A stretch of DNA of 64,000 nucleotides from Massalongia carnosa (Eukaryota). This document shows, piece after piece, positions 46,623 through 60,167 of this stretch; position 1 is the first letter of the stretch, and the number at the start of each line of letters is the position of its first letter. Under the pieces are notes generated by a model that was not told the DNA's origin, searched no databases, and was given only the letters and a program-made list of their open reading frames with translations. The stretch spans positions 310,001 to 374,000 of the forward strand of contig OZ287073.1 in assembly GCA_965645245.1 (NCBI GenBank). Reading direction: 5' to 3'. The position numbers were made by a program, and so were the translations under genes.

Positions 46623-48458
46623 CGGTGGCACGCGGGTGAAAAAAAAATGGGCAAGGTGAGCCGAAACTCCCCCACCAAAACTTACCCCTTTTCTTCCCCT
46701 TTTTCTTCCCCATCTTCTTCCTCATTCAACATTTCAAATGCCATCCCACTACGATACACCTCAAAAGGCCAAGGTGCAGGGAGCTTATGAATTTCTTCTT
46801 GCAAAAGGCATTTCCATCGATCCTCGAGAGATTTTTCAGCATTTTGGCATTCGAAGCGAGAGATAGGGCTATAAGATCATTCGAAACGGAGCATCTTCTA
46901 GAAGAAGACATTATTCAACGCTCGTTGAGACACGCGGTCGCAAATCAAAAGTCACGGAAGCACACATACAGGAGGCAGATCACATTCTACAAGATGAGGG
47001 GCTACAGTTGGAAGGAAAACGATACACATGGGAACAATTGGCTATGGAGATTGGGGCCGACGTTGTCGGTCGTACAATGCACAATGTTATGTCGGCTGCT
47101 CTAAACTATGAGAAATGGCTGGCCTGCGTCAAGGGATGGCTGGCCGACCCACCTATGGAAAGACGGGTCGAATTTGCTCACATGATGCTGATCAGATATC
47201 CCAAACCGGAGCAATGGGATCGCGTACGATTTAGTGATGAGATTCATTTTGGATATGGGCCGGAAGGACAGTTACGAATTATTCGTCAGCCCGGAACACG
47301 ATATCGTTGGGATTGCATACAGCATCGTGACCCGCCTCCTGAGAAAGATCGAAAACGAAAACATTGCTGGGCTGCAATTGGCTACAATTTCAAGTCGGAT
47401 ATTATCTTTTTAGCAGTCCCGCTGGCAGCTATTCCAATTGATCGAAGTGAAACGGGGAGACCTTCTCCCAGCAGGCATTCACTACTGGAAGATGGGATCC
47501 ACAGGGGCTACACAACGTGGTGGTCACAATAGAGGTACAAAATAGGTAGGGTCGGGTCAAAGGGTAGACTAAATGCTACCCTTTTGAAGTGCTTAATCAT
47601 TGATCTCTATAGAATAGGACAATCCACAACCTAAGCTCTTCTTCCGTACCTTGCCCATACTACCTGGTATTTTCGGTCACCGAAACACTTCGGTGACCGA
47701 AAGACACGGGTAGATGAGACTAGGCAAGCGAGCTAGGGGAGGTGAGGCGAGGCGAGGGGATACTTCGTGTACTACGAAAACACCTCCATAATAGGTTAAG
47801 TCCCCACACTATGCCTAACTGGGTTAGGCGGGACCTTATTGTCTTGGTGGTTGTTTTGGCTGTACGTATCCCACATAGCCACATAGGCCAGTCTTACGTT
47901 CAACGAACGCATACTAGGCCTACCCTATTACATGTATATTGAATCCGTTCTTGACCCCGTCGTCAAGCCCTGGCTGGAGCGTGGGGATGACTTCGTACTT
48001 GAAGAAGATGGAGACTCTGGTCATGGCACGGGCAAGACAAGAAATGCCGTCAAGAAATGGAAGTAAGATCATCATTTAGAGCATTATTTCAATTGTGCCT
48101 CATCACCTGATTTGTCCCCTATAGAAAATTGCTGGCAGCCAGCGAAGCAGCATGTTCGAAAGTATCCTCATTGGGAGCTTGAAGCAGCTGATTAGGGATG
48201 GATGGGAACGGGTGACGCAGGAATTCATCAATGAAGGAGTTCGATCAATGCCCAAACGATTGGAAGAGGTAATTAGGGCAGAGGGGGCGATGACTGGCTA
48301 TTGAATAGAATGTAGAATTTCAATGGTCATACGAATTGAAATGTTGAATGGGGAAGAAGATGGGGAAGAAGATGGGGAAGAAAAAAGGGAAGAAAAGGGT
48401 AAGTTTTGGTGGGGGAATTTCGGCTCACCTTGCCCTTTTTTTTCACCCGCGTGCCAGT
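46623..48458 (+). mobile_element. Tc1/mariner-superfamily transposon B (DD38E spacing), inactivated
   Basis: ~115-bp TIRs with TA at 46621-46622 and 48459-48460. Transposase 46738-48304 with [13 protein letters not shown] and [11 protein letters not shown]; a stop, frameshifts and an insertion. Confidence 0.92.
47411..47932. mobile_element. Truncated LTR-like insertion in transposase B
   Basis: Foreign sequence ending TATTACA replaces about 14 codons between DIIF and YIESVLDP. Confidence 0.6.
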
Positions 48459-48576
48459 TAAAGGAGGAGAATGCTCTGTAGCAACTCTATCCTCCACATG
48501 AGGGTTATACACATTGTCATTTATTGCATAGTCATAGCCATAGCCATATAGTTACAGTCATATGCCCATTTCAACA
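48459..48576 (+). repeat. 3' half of a diverged Copia A-family LTR
   Basis: TAGCAACTCT...ATACACATTGTCATTTATT...ATTTCAACA aligns to 7125-7234. Confidence 0.8.
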
Positions 48577-48629
48577 ATTGGAGAACAATATGTCGACTAA
48601 TCAAAGACGAGATCACTTCAGAGACTGAA

Positions 48630-51600
48630 TCACATTCTTTTCGACCTCGTGTCATCGAAGAACTTCTTCTTCAGTCCGTCGGCCGCGACCCTGCCAAGCT
48701 CCTTGAGCGTGCCAGAAGCCATGATCTCCAGCACACTGATATCCAACCCAAACGCCTGCTTCCACCACCGTCTCAACTCAATTGCCATGAGCGAGTCCAG
48801 CCCAATCTGAGCCAAGCTCAACGAGATATCGACCTCCTCTTCGGCCTTCATCATAAACCTAAACACCTTCTGCCCGATTTCGAGCGCGATGTATTCGGCG
48901 CTGGCATTTTCGCCCAGGATCTCTGGGTGATTGGTTGCGCGTGATAGGAATGTCTTCAACACATTCGAGTCGGCCGTGGCGACGCCGCTGGCTGTGTCGC
49001 GCACGTTATGGTACATGCCCATGCGCCGGTCTCGGCGCCAGCTAGTCTGGCAGTTAGGGTCTTCTAGATGGACATCAGACCTGAGACCCATGATCAAATG
49101 GCCGGTGCTTTTCCATGTGTCAACCGAGCCGGTGGAAACTTCAAAATCGGCCGGTGGATGCGAGTTCAGCACTGCCAGCTCCATATAGTCAAGTAATTCT
49201 CTTTCCGGTAGGAAGTAGAGACCTTGCGACTTCAGTTTCTTCCGGATGACGGTGTTTTCGGCAACGAATCCAATGTCTTCAATAGGGCAGATACCCAATA
49301 CCGATGCGGGCAAGCCAAGGGTATGACGATATTGACAAAAGGATTCCAGGAACGTGTTTGCCGCTGCATAGTTACTCTGGCCTGGTTGGTCGATCAGTGT
49401 GACGAGGGAGCTAGTCATGATAAAGAAGTCCAAATGCTGGTTTAGGAATGCACTGTGAAGATTCCATGCACCGTCTACCTTGGGTGCAACTACAGCTGTC
49501 CACTCTTCATAAGTCAAGTCAAGAACGGGGCCATCCTTTATGTCAATTAGTCGACTAGCAAAAGATCCTGGGTTGGAATGACGTACCCGCAACACCATGG
49601 CAAGATGAACTACACCCTTAATAGGATGAGGAGCAATTGCTATCACCTTATCTAAGTCCTCTCTATTCTGAGCTTGACCCGTAATCGCAGAGACAGAACA
49701 ACCCATACTTGCCAGTTCTTGGAAGAATACTTTGTCACTCTCCTGACTGCCAGCGCTGCGGGAGAGGAAGGTTAAGTGTTGAGCTCCGCATTCAGCCATC
49801 CAAGATGCAACAGATTTACCGAGGCCTCCAAGGCCCCCGGTCAGAAGATATGAGGCGTCTGGATCCAAGGTAAAAGCCTTCCTTCGTGGAGTGCTGAGAA
49901 TTTTTGAAGCGTCTTGAGGGATAGTCACTACTGCTTTCGCGATGTGATCACCTTTCTGAAGATACCGGAAGCTTTTCTCGATGTTAGAGGCCTCGAAAAC
50001 GGCAATGGGATGAATTGGATGAACGTGTCCTTCCAGATACATCGTAATACATGTTCTTAGGATTCTATAGACAAGCATTAGTATTACAATCCATTCTTCT
50101 TCAGAGAGATTGGTAACCTACCTTCCAACGGCTTCTGGCCTCTCCTTTATCATGTGCGCAAGATCCACGCAGCAGTAAGATCTATTAAGCAAGAACGTCT
50201 CTAAATCGAGTTTACCAAAGCCGGCGAGATCTCGCTTTCCAAGCTCGACTAACTTTCCGAACTTAGCAACGCATCTCCATGAAGCGTGTAATAAGTCTCC
50301 AGAGAGAGAATTCAGAACCAAGTCAGCGCCAAGTCCTTTTGTTTCACGCATAAGGTCAGTGAGGAAAGATTCGTCGCGCGAGTTGAATATATTGTTTCGC
50401 GGAATGCCAAAATTTTCAACGAGGTACTCCACTTTCTTTACGTTGCCGACCGTGGCATAGATCTAGTAAAATTGTCAGAATACCCCCTAGCCGAACTTAG
50501 GGGTAAAATAAGAATACCGTTGCGCCAATCATCTTGCAGAGCTGAATGGCAGCGTGGCCGACACCACCGCATGCTGAATGTATTAATACAGACTATGGCT
50601 GGGTTGTGAGCATTTCGTTTGGCAGCAAAAAAGTCCATCACTTACTTGACCCTTTTCAAGTTGGCCAACATTAATCAACGACTGTACTGCGGTAACATAG
50701 CAGCTGGGAATGGTAGCGGCGTCCTGGAAGCTCAAATCATCTGGTATTCCAACGACGAGTGGAGCTTCCAAGATGACGTTTGTTGCAAAGCACCCTGCAA
50801 CTGCAACACCGCAAACCCTGTCGCCAACAGTCACGTGTTGCACTTTGGAACCGACCCTTCGAACGATTCCCGCCAGCTCAAGACCAAGTGGGCGGTCTTT
50901 GGACCCGAAGGTGAGGACGCCCATTGCAACAACAATGTCCTAAAACGATCAGCTATGAAGTTTCGTATGGAACGGCGAAATAGACTTACTCGGAAGTTTA
51001 GGCCAACTGCTCGGGTTTCGATCTCAACTTGATCGTCTCCAAGCTGAGTTGGTAGACTTCCTTCCGCCCAACGAAGAGTCTCCAAAAGTCCGGGTTTCCC
51101 AATCTCCAGCGATTTTACATGGTCGGTATTGAAGATGCTTTTTTCACTAGTTTCGTGGTCGAGGGAGAAGGGCTGATATCTACCAATTTTAACGACGCCC
51201 TGGTCGACAGCAAACTCCTTATCCGGAGCAATCTTATCGATATCGTGGCGGGTACGGACTTTTTCAAAAACCTGCATAACATGGCTAAAAAAGTCTGCCT
51301 CGGTCGGTTCGATCTCAAGCGTAATGAGTGGAATCGCCAGCTCGGCACGAATGACCCGGAACATACCTATTGTTTGCGCAGATCGAGGATCGACGCAACG
51401 AACTTGAGTAGGCGGCATTAACCAAAGCAGCTTTTGTTCCTTGTGGTGGCGCAAAAGTTCTTGGAAAGCCGCAAATCTCGTGTCAGAAATGTTTTCAAAA
51501 AAGCGGCTTTCGAGGTCTAACGTCGATATGATATCTTGGTCGTCGGGAAGAAGCTCTCCAAACTCCTTTATTGATACTATGAAGCCATCCTTTTGAAGAT

Positions 51601-54600
51601 CATTAATAAAGCTTTTAGTTATTCCCTCTTTTGGTCGGTCACAGAGAACCGTGATTGCCTGACTTTTCAGCTTTAACTTATCCTGGAGCGGTTGCGTTAT
51701 AATAGCTGCGCAGTATTGATATGGTTCTTCAGCATCTAAAACGGCGGTATCTACCCCTGTAAAACCAGCTGCTTTCAATTCCTCGTCCCACCGATCCACA
51801 GATACGTAAGGTTCGTACTTTCGCCCATCCGACTCACCGAGCCACCAGCCGGAGAAGTTACCGAAGACATATCCCGGAGCTCGTGCTACGGCACAGACTT
51901 CGGAGAGCACGAGATGACCGTGCGGTCGCAGTAGAGGCCGGAGGTTACGCAAAGTTTCTTGCAAGCTCGGAGTAGCGTGAACAACATTCGGAGCGAGGAT
52001 CAAATCATACGATGCGGCGTCGAAGCCTTGCTCAAATGGATTTTGCGAGATATCAAAGACCCTGTAATCCATATTTGGGGCGTACGAGAATCTTTCTCTA
52101 GCCTGCGGGAAGAAACCGGCTGAAATGTCCGTAAATGTATATATGGAGTAGGACGGGTTTCCGCCTGAGCTCACCAAATCTCGCATGATAAGTTCGGTGG
52201 TACCGCCGGTGCCAGCGCCAACTTCCAGGATTCGAAGATTTGGCTTCGTATTTGAGAGCATTCGAACGAAGTCACCGAAGCCAAAGCTTACAGCATTATA
52301 AATCTCGGTCAAGACATCGGTTTCCATAAGAAGGTCTAGAGTATCTACCTTTCCTGTGAACAAGGCCTCTGCATTGTCGCGAATCCGTAAAATTCCAGTT
52401 GCGACCAGGCCGATAGATGGTATGGCAAAGAGCCTTGCAAACCGTTGATTGGCCATCTCAAGGCGGGTCGAACGGGGTAATTTAACATAACTGGCAGAGT
52501 CCTGGATCACAGGATAAGTGCCAGATTCCGCATGCTGAATCTCTCGGTGCAGCCAGTTTTGGAATTTGAGGAAATGCGGCTGTTCCGAAGAAAGGCCTTC
52601 CAAACGTTCTGCTGAGTCGAGAATGCAGAGGAGGGTCAGTTCCTCAAGCAATTGTTTCGTCTCATTGCTTGCCAGCGGCGGAGTAAAGAGAGGCGAGATT
52701 TTCATAAAGTCGAAGTCAGGACACCACTCTAGACGTGCAGCGGCATGTCGATCTAACGATACGATAGCATTCTCGTCATCCAACGGCTTGAGGCAGGCTC
52801 CACGAAGACGGAGAGTGGTTTTGCCGTCGGCAACACAATCAATTCCTACCTCTTTCCCATCGTTCGAGCACCATGCTTGAGCGTTCATTACCAATGCGCT
52901 ACGAGAGATGTCGAGCTCCTCTATCATAGTGGGAACGCATAATTGAGTGAAGTTTCGGCCGACACCTTTAGCCATCGCAGCTAAGGCTAGCTGAAGGCAA
53001 GCGTCAATCGCTGCAGGGTGGAAGAGAAATGGCGCTCCTTGGCGAGTTGCCGAATTGGTGATCTCCCCAACCACTCTGTGCTCCATCGTTGATGAAGCGA
53101 GTTTGGTAATCCCTTGAAATTCTGGCCCATACACCAGTCCGACACGTGCCATGATTTCATACCATCTAGGGACAGGTACATGACGAGGAAGTTCATCAAG
53201 TGAGATCGAAGTAGAAAGCTCCCTCTCGTTTGGCTTGACGCTGCCCTCACAGTTTTTGATCCACGTAGATCCAGAATAGGATGATATAGTAAAGTTGTAC
53301 CAATCAGAATCCGCTGAGTCGGTCAGTTTGTGGCGCCGTAACGTGGTTACCACCTCAACTGGCTTCAATTCAGTAAGGACCAAGGCGGTGTGAGCCACGA
53401 CATGTCTGATGTTATAGCCTGTTTCGATACCTGAAAGTTGCCTAACAGCCTCTCCGGCCATGGCGACATAGCCTGCAAACGGAAAGACAACATCGTCTTT
53501 GACTTTATGATCGTATAACCAAGGTTCATCTTCCAGGTCGAGCATAATTCGCCAAGAAGGATCCCAGCTTGTACTTTCAGGAATGCGTTGTCCAAGAATA
53601 ACATGGTGACCAAAAGCTCGGAAGCGCCAGTCCTTTGAAACTCTGTTTTCGAACCAGTAAGATGCTGAATGATCCCAGGGATAAGTAGGCAAGTCCAGGA
53701 GAACTTTGCCAGCGGGTATTAAGTTGTCGAACTTCACCTTGATTCCTTGCTGATATAGTTGTCCAAACGCAGCTAGAAGGCTCTCGACACAATGATGTGA
53801 ACGAATCATAGTCGGAATATATGTATATGGCGATCCCACTTCGCTACAGATTTGCCGTAGTGGACCTGCAAGTGAAGAATGCGGGCCGATCTCGAGAAAT
53901 ACGTGATTAGGCTGCAAACGCAGAAGATTACCTACCGCAGTATAGAAGCGAACAGGCGACGTAAGGTTGGATTCCCAATATCCTGGGCCAAGCATCTTCG
54001 AGCTAACAATTATGTCGTCGACGACGCTGGAGAAGAAGGGAACCTGTGGATCTTGTCTGACAAGGTTCTTTGAATTGAGTTCGCTTTGCACGAGATTAAA
54101 ATACTGTCTAGCAAGGGGCGCCATATGGTCTGTAAAATATATTAGCGTCGAAAAACTTATGATTAAAGATAATACCTACGGGAATGGTACGCTATATTCA
54201 CCTTTAGGAGTCGAGCCAAGACATCAGATCGCTGTTCTTTGATCGTCGCAACGACCTTCTCCAGCTGATCAAGGTCGCCGGAGATGGTAGTGCTGCTGGG
54301 GCTGTTCTCACAAGCAATCACTACGCCCCGGCTAAGAAATGTGGTAATTTCATCCGCTCCAAGACCAATCGCGGCCATGCCACCGTTAATTGTCTGATTC
54401 CTAGTGACGAAGCCCCGATAGTACGCCACGATCAATGCTTCAGGGAGCGAAAGGGCAGAAGTAGCATATGCTGCGGCAATTTCGCCGCTTGAGTGACCAA
54501 TGACAGCACTCGGTCGAATGCCGCATCGAGCAAGAGCATTGACAACTGCTATTTGGATCGCGGTGCACAGTGGCTGGGCCATCTCCGCCCGATGGATTTC

Positions 54601-56871
54601 ACTAGTCTTGGCAGGCTTCTGAAGCTCATCTAGGAATTGTGAGAAAGGCCTCTGCCGCGAAGATTTAGACTCTCTTACTTTCAAGTCTCCAAGGTGGGGA
54701 ATGCTTCAAACTTTGGAGTATTTCATCCATGGCCGCAATATCCTCCCGAAAAGTTGGATCCGTTTGTATTAAATCTTTACCCATCTCAGGCCACTGAGCA
54801 CCTTGGCCGCTAAATATCATGGTCAGACCAGAAACCTTTCCAGGAACCTTTGAAAATGATGAGACGTTGGCCTTCGAGCTTCCTCCCACCACGGAGAACG
54901 CTCGATGCGGCAAATTCTCCCGATGTTTAGACAAAGTATAAGACAGATCTGTAATTCGCTCGGGATGTCTCTTCAGATATTCTTGGGAGTTGTTCACAAG
55001 CCGCCGCAAGGAGTCTTGTGTATTTGCCGAGAAGATGAGAAGGCTTGGAGATTCGCGGAAGGCATTAATAGTGCTAACCGATGATGTCCGCTTAAACTCG
55101 GCAGCAGAATCCACAATTACCTATCCAAATCATCATTATTCGTCGCCGAATTATCCCTGGCCACTCGTGATGGGTTTCGACAAAATATAATCAGAGGAAC
55201 TTACGTGGGCATTACTTCCACCAATCCCGAACGAGTTCACGCTGATACGTAGAGCACGATCCTCAGGCCATGGAGTCGCCTTCACGGGGACTCTTAGATT
55301 TTTCTCGGCGAATGGTACTATGCAGAACACCGTCAGCTATAACATAGACTTCTGGGTAGTCGAAACAAACTTTTCGGATTTGGTCTGGTGAACTTGATAT
55401 TCGAAGGGATGATTTTGTGTTCCAGAGCCAATACCGCCTTGATTAGACTGGTAATACCCGAAGCCCCTTCTGAGTGGCCGACGTTCGGTTTCACCTAACC
55501 ATTGTGAGCAGATGTAAAAAAAAAAAATTATAATAATGTAGCGCAGATTTGGTGACTTACTGAGCCAATAAAGACGCCCTTCTCGCCGAAGACATTGCCA
55601 ACAGCCGTAGTCTCGATGGGGTCTCCTGTAGCAGTGCCAGTTCCGTGACACTTGGAATACTGCTTAGCACATTCTGTACACAGAAAGAGCAGTAGAAACG
55701 CCTACCTCGACAAAGGCTGTCTCGTTCGGATCCAATCCGGCGTCAAGGTATACCCTCCGGATCAGAGCCTCGTGCGCTTTGCCATTGGGCGTCATAAGAC
55801 CTTGGTTCTTCCCGTCACTATTTGTCGCCGTGTTGCGGATGATGGCGCGTACGGGATTCTTGTCCCGAATGGCATCATTTAGTCGCTTGATATAGACCGC
55901 ATTGATGGCTTCACCCCGAGCGAAACCGTCTGCTGCTGCATCGAAAGTCTTACACGAGCCTTCGGGCGAGAGAATACCTTCTTGGGTCATTGCCGACGAT
56001 GTAGTTGGCCCCATGATCAAGCTGGTGCCGGCCACAATAGCAGAGGTGCAGTCACCGCTCTGCAAAGCCCGGCAAGCTTCATGTAAGCCAACCAGCGAGG
56101 CCGAACAGCCTGTCTTGATGACCATGCTAGGCGTATGTGAGCTCAAGAACCAACGCTAGAGCCATGCACCTCCCCATCAGCGTACCTTGGACCTCTGAAA
56201 TCATATTCGAATGAAACCCGATTGGCAATCATCAGATCACCGCTCAAGTTGTATCCTCCAGTATGCTGATTTTCTTTTGTCCGTGAATGCAACCAGTCTT
56301 CGCCAAAGGTACCAACATAGCATCCGATCGATTTGCCTCTGTAGTCGACCTCACCCGCATTCTCTAGACACTCCCGCGTGATTTCAAGAAGCTGACGTTG
56401 CTGTGGGTCCGTCTTTTCTAATTCGTTTTTGGTCATGGTGAAGAAGGATGTATCAAGACATGACAGATCCTCATCCAAAAAGTGTCCATACTGTGTCCTA
56501 ATCATACCTTTCTTTCCTAACAAATCCCCGAACCCATCCTTGTTATATCGGTCTGCTGGGATTGGGCCTCGGGTGTCCCGTCCGTTGTACAAAAGGTCCC
56601 AGAAGCTCTCGGCATCCCTGATTCCACCAGGCAAGCGCAGTGCAAGCCCACAGATTGCGATTGGTTCCAGGCAGGCTTTTGAGCTGCCAATGTTTCCATT
56701 GGTGTGACCATTAGCCGAGCCGTTGAGGTGGTCATTTGCATGTCCATGGACGTAACCGTTGACAAGGCCGTTGACGTGACCTCCTGTAAAGCCACTATGC
56801 CCGGTGAGGAAAGCTTCGCTTCCGCTATGTACTCCGTCCCCGTTCGTAGGTAGGTCATTGCTGATGGTCAT
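48630..56871 (-). CDS. Highly reducing iterative type I polyketide synthase (KS-AT-DH-cMT-ER-KR-ACP), about 12 introns
   Basis: [47 protein letters not shown]; c[48 protein letters not shown] breaks coincide with GT..AG introns. Confidence 0.95.
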
Positions 56872-58120
56872 GATGATTGCCAAAAATGAATAAAGCAGTG
56901 TTTAAACGTATATTTATTCTTGCTTATTAAAACCCGACCCAAAGGTTTGAGGACGCTGATATCTAACGTATTCTCGTCACAGCTTGTCTAACATTTGGAG
57001 CAGTAGGCTGAACGTAACTTAAACTCCGCGGTACTGGCTTATTGTTGGACGGATCTTGGCCTTCAACGGTCGTCAATTCCCGGAATCTTATATCCTTCTC
57101 GGGGTTCACCCATGTTCATTCATACTGCGAGTATTCTCTCCTATTCTTCGTGTTGGTGATCTTGATAGGGTAAGACATGACGAGTGCTGCAGTCGAGCTG
57201 ATCATCCTATCGTGCCTCTACCACGAGCCATGTAGAATTTCGTGTGCCAGGAATATGGATGCACCTCATTCCAGCTCCAAGCTTCGTCTAGCCTGGTGTA
57301 TACCCGGGACTGCCTGCCAGGCAAGGCCATTTTGTCATGAGCTGGCACAGTAGATGCCTTTCAAGCATTCTCGACCACTCAAAGGCCTAATTCTTACAAT
57401 TCGGCCGAAACAAACGATGCAGTAGACTAATGTGGCATCAGCTTTGAAAGGCAAATTTTCCGAACTTACATGCGTCTGTTTGCTATCTTCGCGTAAGCCG
57501 CATGATGCGGGATTTGAAGGATTCGATACGGGTCAGAGCAGGACCATTGTGGGGTTGTCAACAAGTGGGGGCTCACACTCAGCGTTGGTCAAGTGTAACC
57601 ACTCTTGGGCCGGGGCAGACCAGGACCAGCTTCAGACCAGACTCAGGCAGAAATTAGACCACCCTAATCCAATCATGCTCGTTCTATGGAAACACGTCAA
57701 TCACTGCGTGAGCGAGGCGTTCATTTTACACGGATGCAACCCATCTTATCGCAACCTCGTCATCGAGGCCTGTATGATGATATACACTTGACATAACTCG
57801 ACCGGACTTAAGAAAAGAACGAGCTGACGGAGCAGCGGAGTTAATAAATGGAACCTAAAGCTCGGAATTCGGAATCAGTACCTCAGCCTGATCCAGTCAG
57901 GGTTGGCATGTCATGGGACGATGAGAAAAGATGCAACCAACTGGGCGACCTTTTCGAGTCAAGTGAGGGGATTCTGATAGAAATCCAGGAAATGGTTCCG
58001 AGTTTCACACCACAATGTTTATATATCTGATAACAGTTTCTCTTACACCGCAGCACGTTGTGTACAACCTGATACATCCTGTTCCATTGATTCAATAAGG
58101 TCATTAAGAGCATCGTTAGC

Positions 58121-59294
58121 ATGGCAACCATCAGCTTCGACGAAATGGCCCCTCTTCCTCTTCCAAAGGGCTTACCTACCATTGAACTCCCGAAGATTTC
58201 ATTGACCAAGCTCTTGAACAATGATGAGACGGAGGCTCAAACCCTCTTTGACATTTGTACCCGTACAGGCTTCTTCTATCTTGATCTGATGGATCACCCC
58301 AAGGGGCGAAGGTTCTGGGAGGGTGCCGTGCGTGCACGCTCCATCGGACAGCATGTGATGTCTACACTTTCAATGGAAGAGAAAGACACTTTCCTCAAGA
58401 GACCTGAAGTCGGAATCCTAGACAGAGGGTGTGTGATCGCTCTGTGGTTTGTTATTGAATATTCTAACGTGCAGCGAATCAGATATCAATCTACAATTAG
58501 GGATGAGAACGGACAGACAAAGTTTGTCGAATCGATTAATGTAAGCCTAATCGTCGTCTTGAATCTATGGATGAAACGGGAATTAATCGTCCAACAAGCT
58601 GCCAAGCGATGAGCTTTTTGCCAAGGAGACCAGCTGGGAAATGCCTACTTGGCTCAAGGCATACGAAAGCAACTTTAAAGATGTGATAAGAGAGGGCAAC
58701 AATATTTCCAACATCATGCTTGGCATATTGGAGCAAAAGCTTCAGCTTGCTCCTGGCGCCTTGACGTCCTGCCACCGGTTGACGGAGCCTTCACACAGCT
58801 TCCTCCGAATCCTACGGTATCCAGGCTTGGTCGGGGGCATGACGCTTGACAAACCTCGCTTCTTCGCTCACAGAGATATTGTTAGCATCGCGATGCTCTT
58901 CACCTGGGTGTCCGGCCTGCAGATTCCAGCGGAAAACGCGGAGTACGTCAGTCCCGATAATGAAACTGAGGACAGCTGGCGTTGGGTTGAGCCCTTGGGT
59001 GGGCACGCAATTGTCAACCTCGGAGACGCCATGCCGATCTTCACGAACGGCAAACTCAAATCAGGAAAGCACCGTGTTGTCACGGCTTATAAAGATCAAT
59101 CCAAGATCGACAGAACCTGCGTCCTTGTGTCCTCTAGGCCCGCACATGAGACCCCCATGAAAGCGTTCCACAGCCCTCTGATTCCCGAAGATAGCCCGGG
59201 ACAGGCGAACGCTACCGTGATGACCAGCGAGGAATGGGGAGACAACTGCGTGAAGGTGTTCATTGAAGAAAAGGTCCGGCAAGGTCGTCCATGA
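58121..59294 (+). CDS. 2-oxoglutarate/Fe(II)-dependent oxygenase; introns 58429-58482 and 58541-58598
   Basis: DIOX_N-like GFFYLDL, LRILRYP, HRD...H facial triad (AHRD, GKHRV), AIVNLGD. Confidence 0.9.
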
Positions 59295-60167
59295 AGGTCC
59301 TAGGCGAGGTCGAGGCTGGACAGTCGGTATTTCTTCGTTGATGATTCAGCCACAGCTTGCGAAATTTTCATGTTGATCCTGCAAATCAAATCAAACATGA
59401 CATACACTGTCAATACATGTCTTCATGTGATGGGTGCTATTTCTATCTGCCGGCTAGTGTTTCTCATTCCCATCAATGATGATGCATAGCGCAAAGTAGT
59501 TGTAAGAGCTAATTGATCACCTTGGTGCATGGTACGAATATTTAGAAGGGATAGTTAGATTTTACCAAAACTCCAAAATGCACGCTAGGCCCAAACGGGC
59601 AGTCACCAACTGCCTCCTCCTAGCCCTAGTCGCGTCATACATGTACCTTACGACAGCGGCAAACGGTTCGAGTACTCTGTACCAGCGTGTTGATGCTCCT
59701 GATAAAGGGCGAGACAAAAGGACTAAACGTAAACCACTTCGCCTTACAGGTATTCTGTAAACGCGTGCAGTTAAGTTGACGTGATATCCGGGAAGAGCGA
59801 GTCGTCTGGATGTCTGCGGAACAACTATCCCAAGTAACGTAGAAGAACAACGGGTATGCAATAGGTCTAGCATTGTGTCACACATTATTCCTTCAGGAAC
59901 GCATATCGAGCACCGTTCTATCCCATACATATTGCTAACTGCAGATGTCGTTGTCATTGCGCCCCGCCAGAGTGGCACCGCCGATCACGAGGAGCTGGAG
60001 TGTGACCTCGCAATCAGCCTGAAGTCGTTTCAGATGGACGACACGCCTCCTTTTGTGGCTACGATGTCCTCTCACAGCAGAAAGTATTCGGTATTGCAAA
60101 ACTCTTCGATAAACTGCAACATATGTGTGCTTAGGTTGTCAGCTCTTACTTGCTTCACCTCATCAGA

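Noticed and set aside
56690..56790. NG-rich PKS N-terminus as an amyloid signalling motif
   Set aside because: Low-complexity NGxxNG tracts are common in fungal PKSs, and the NLR has no matching motif.
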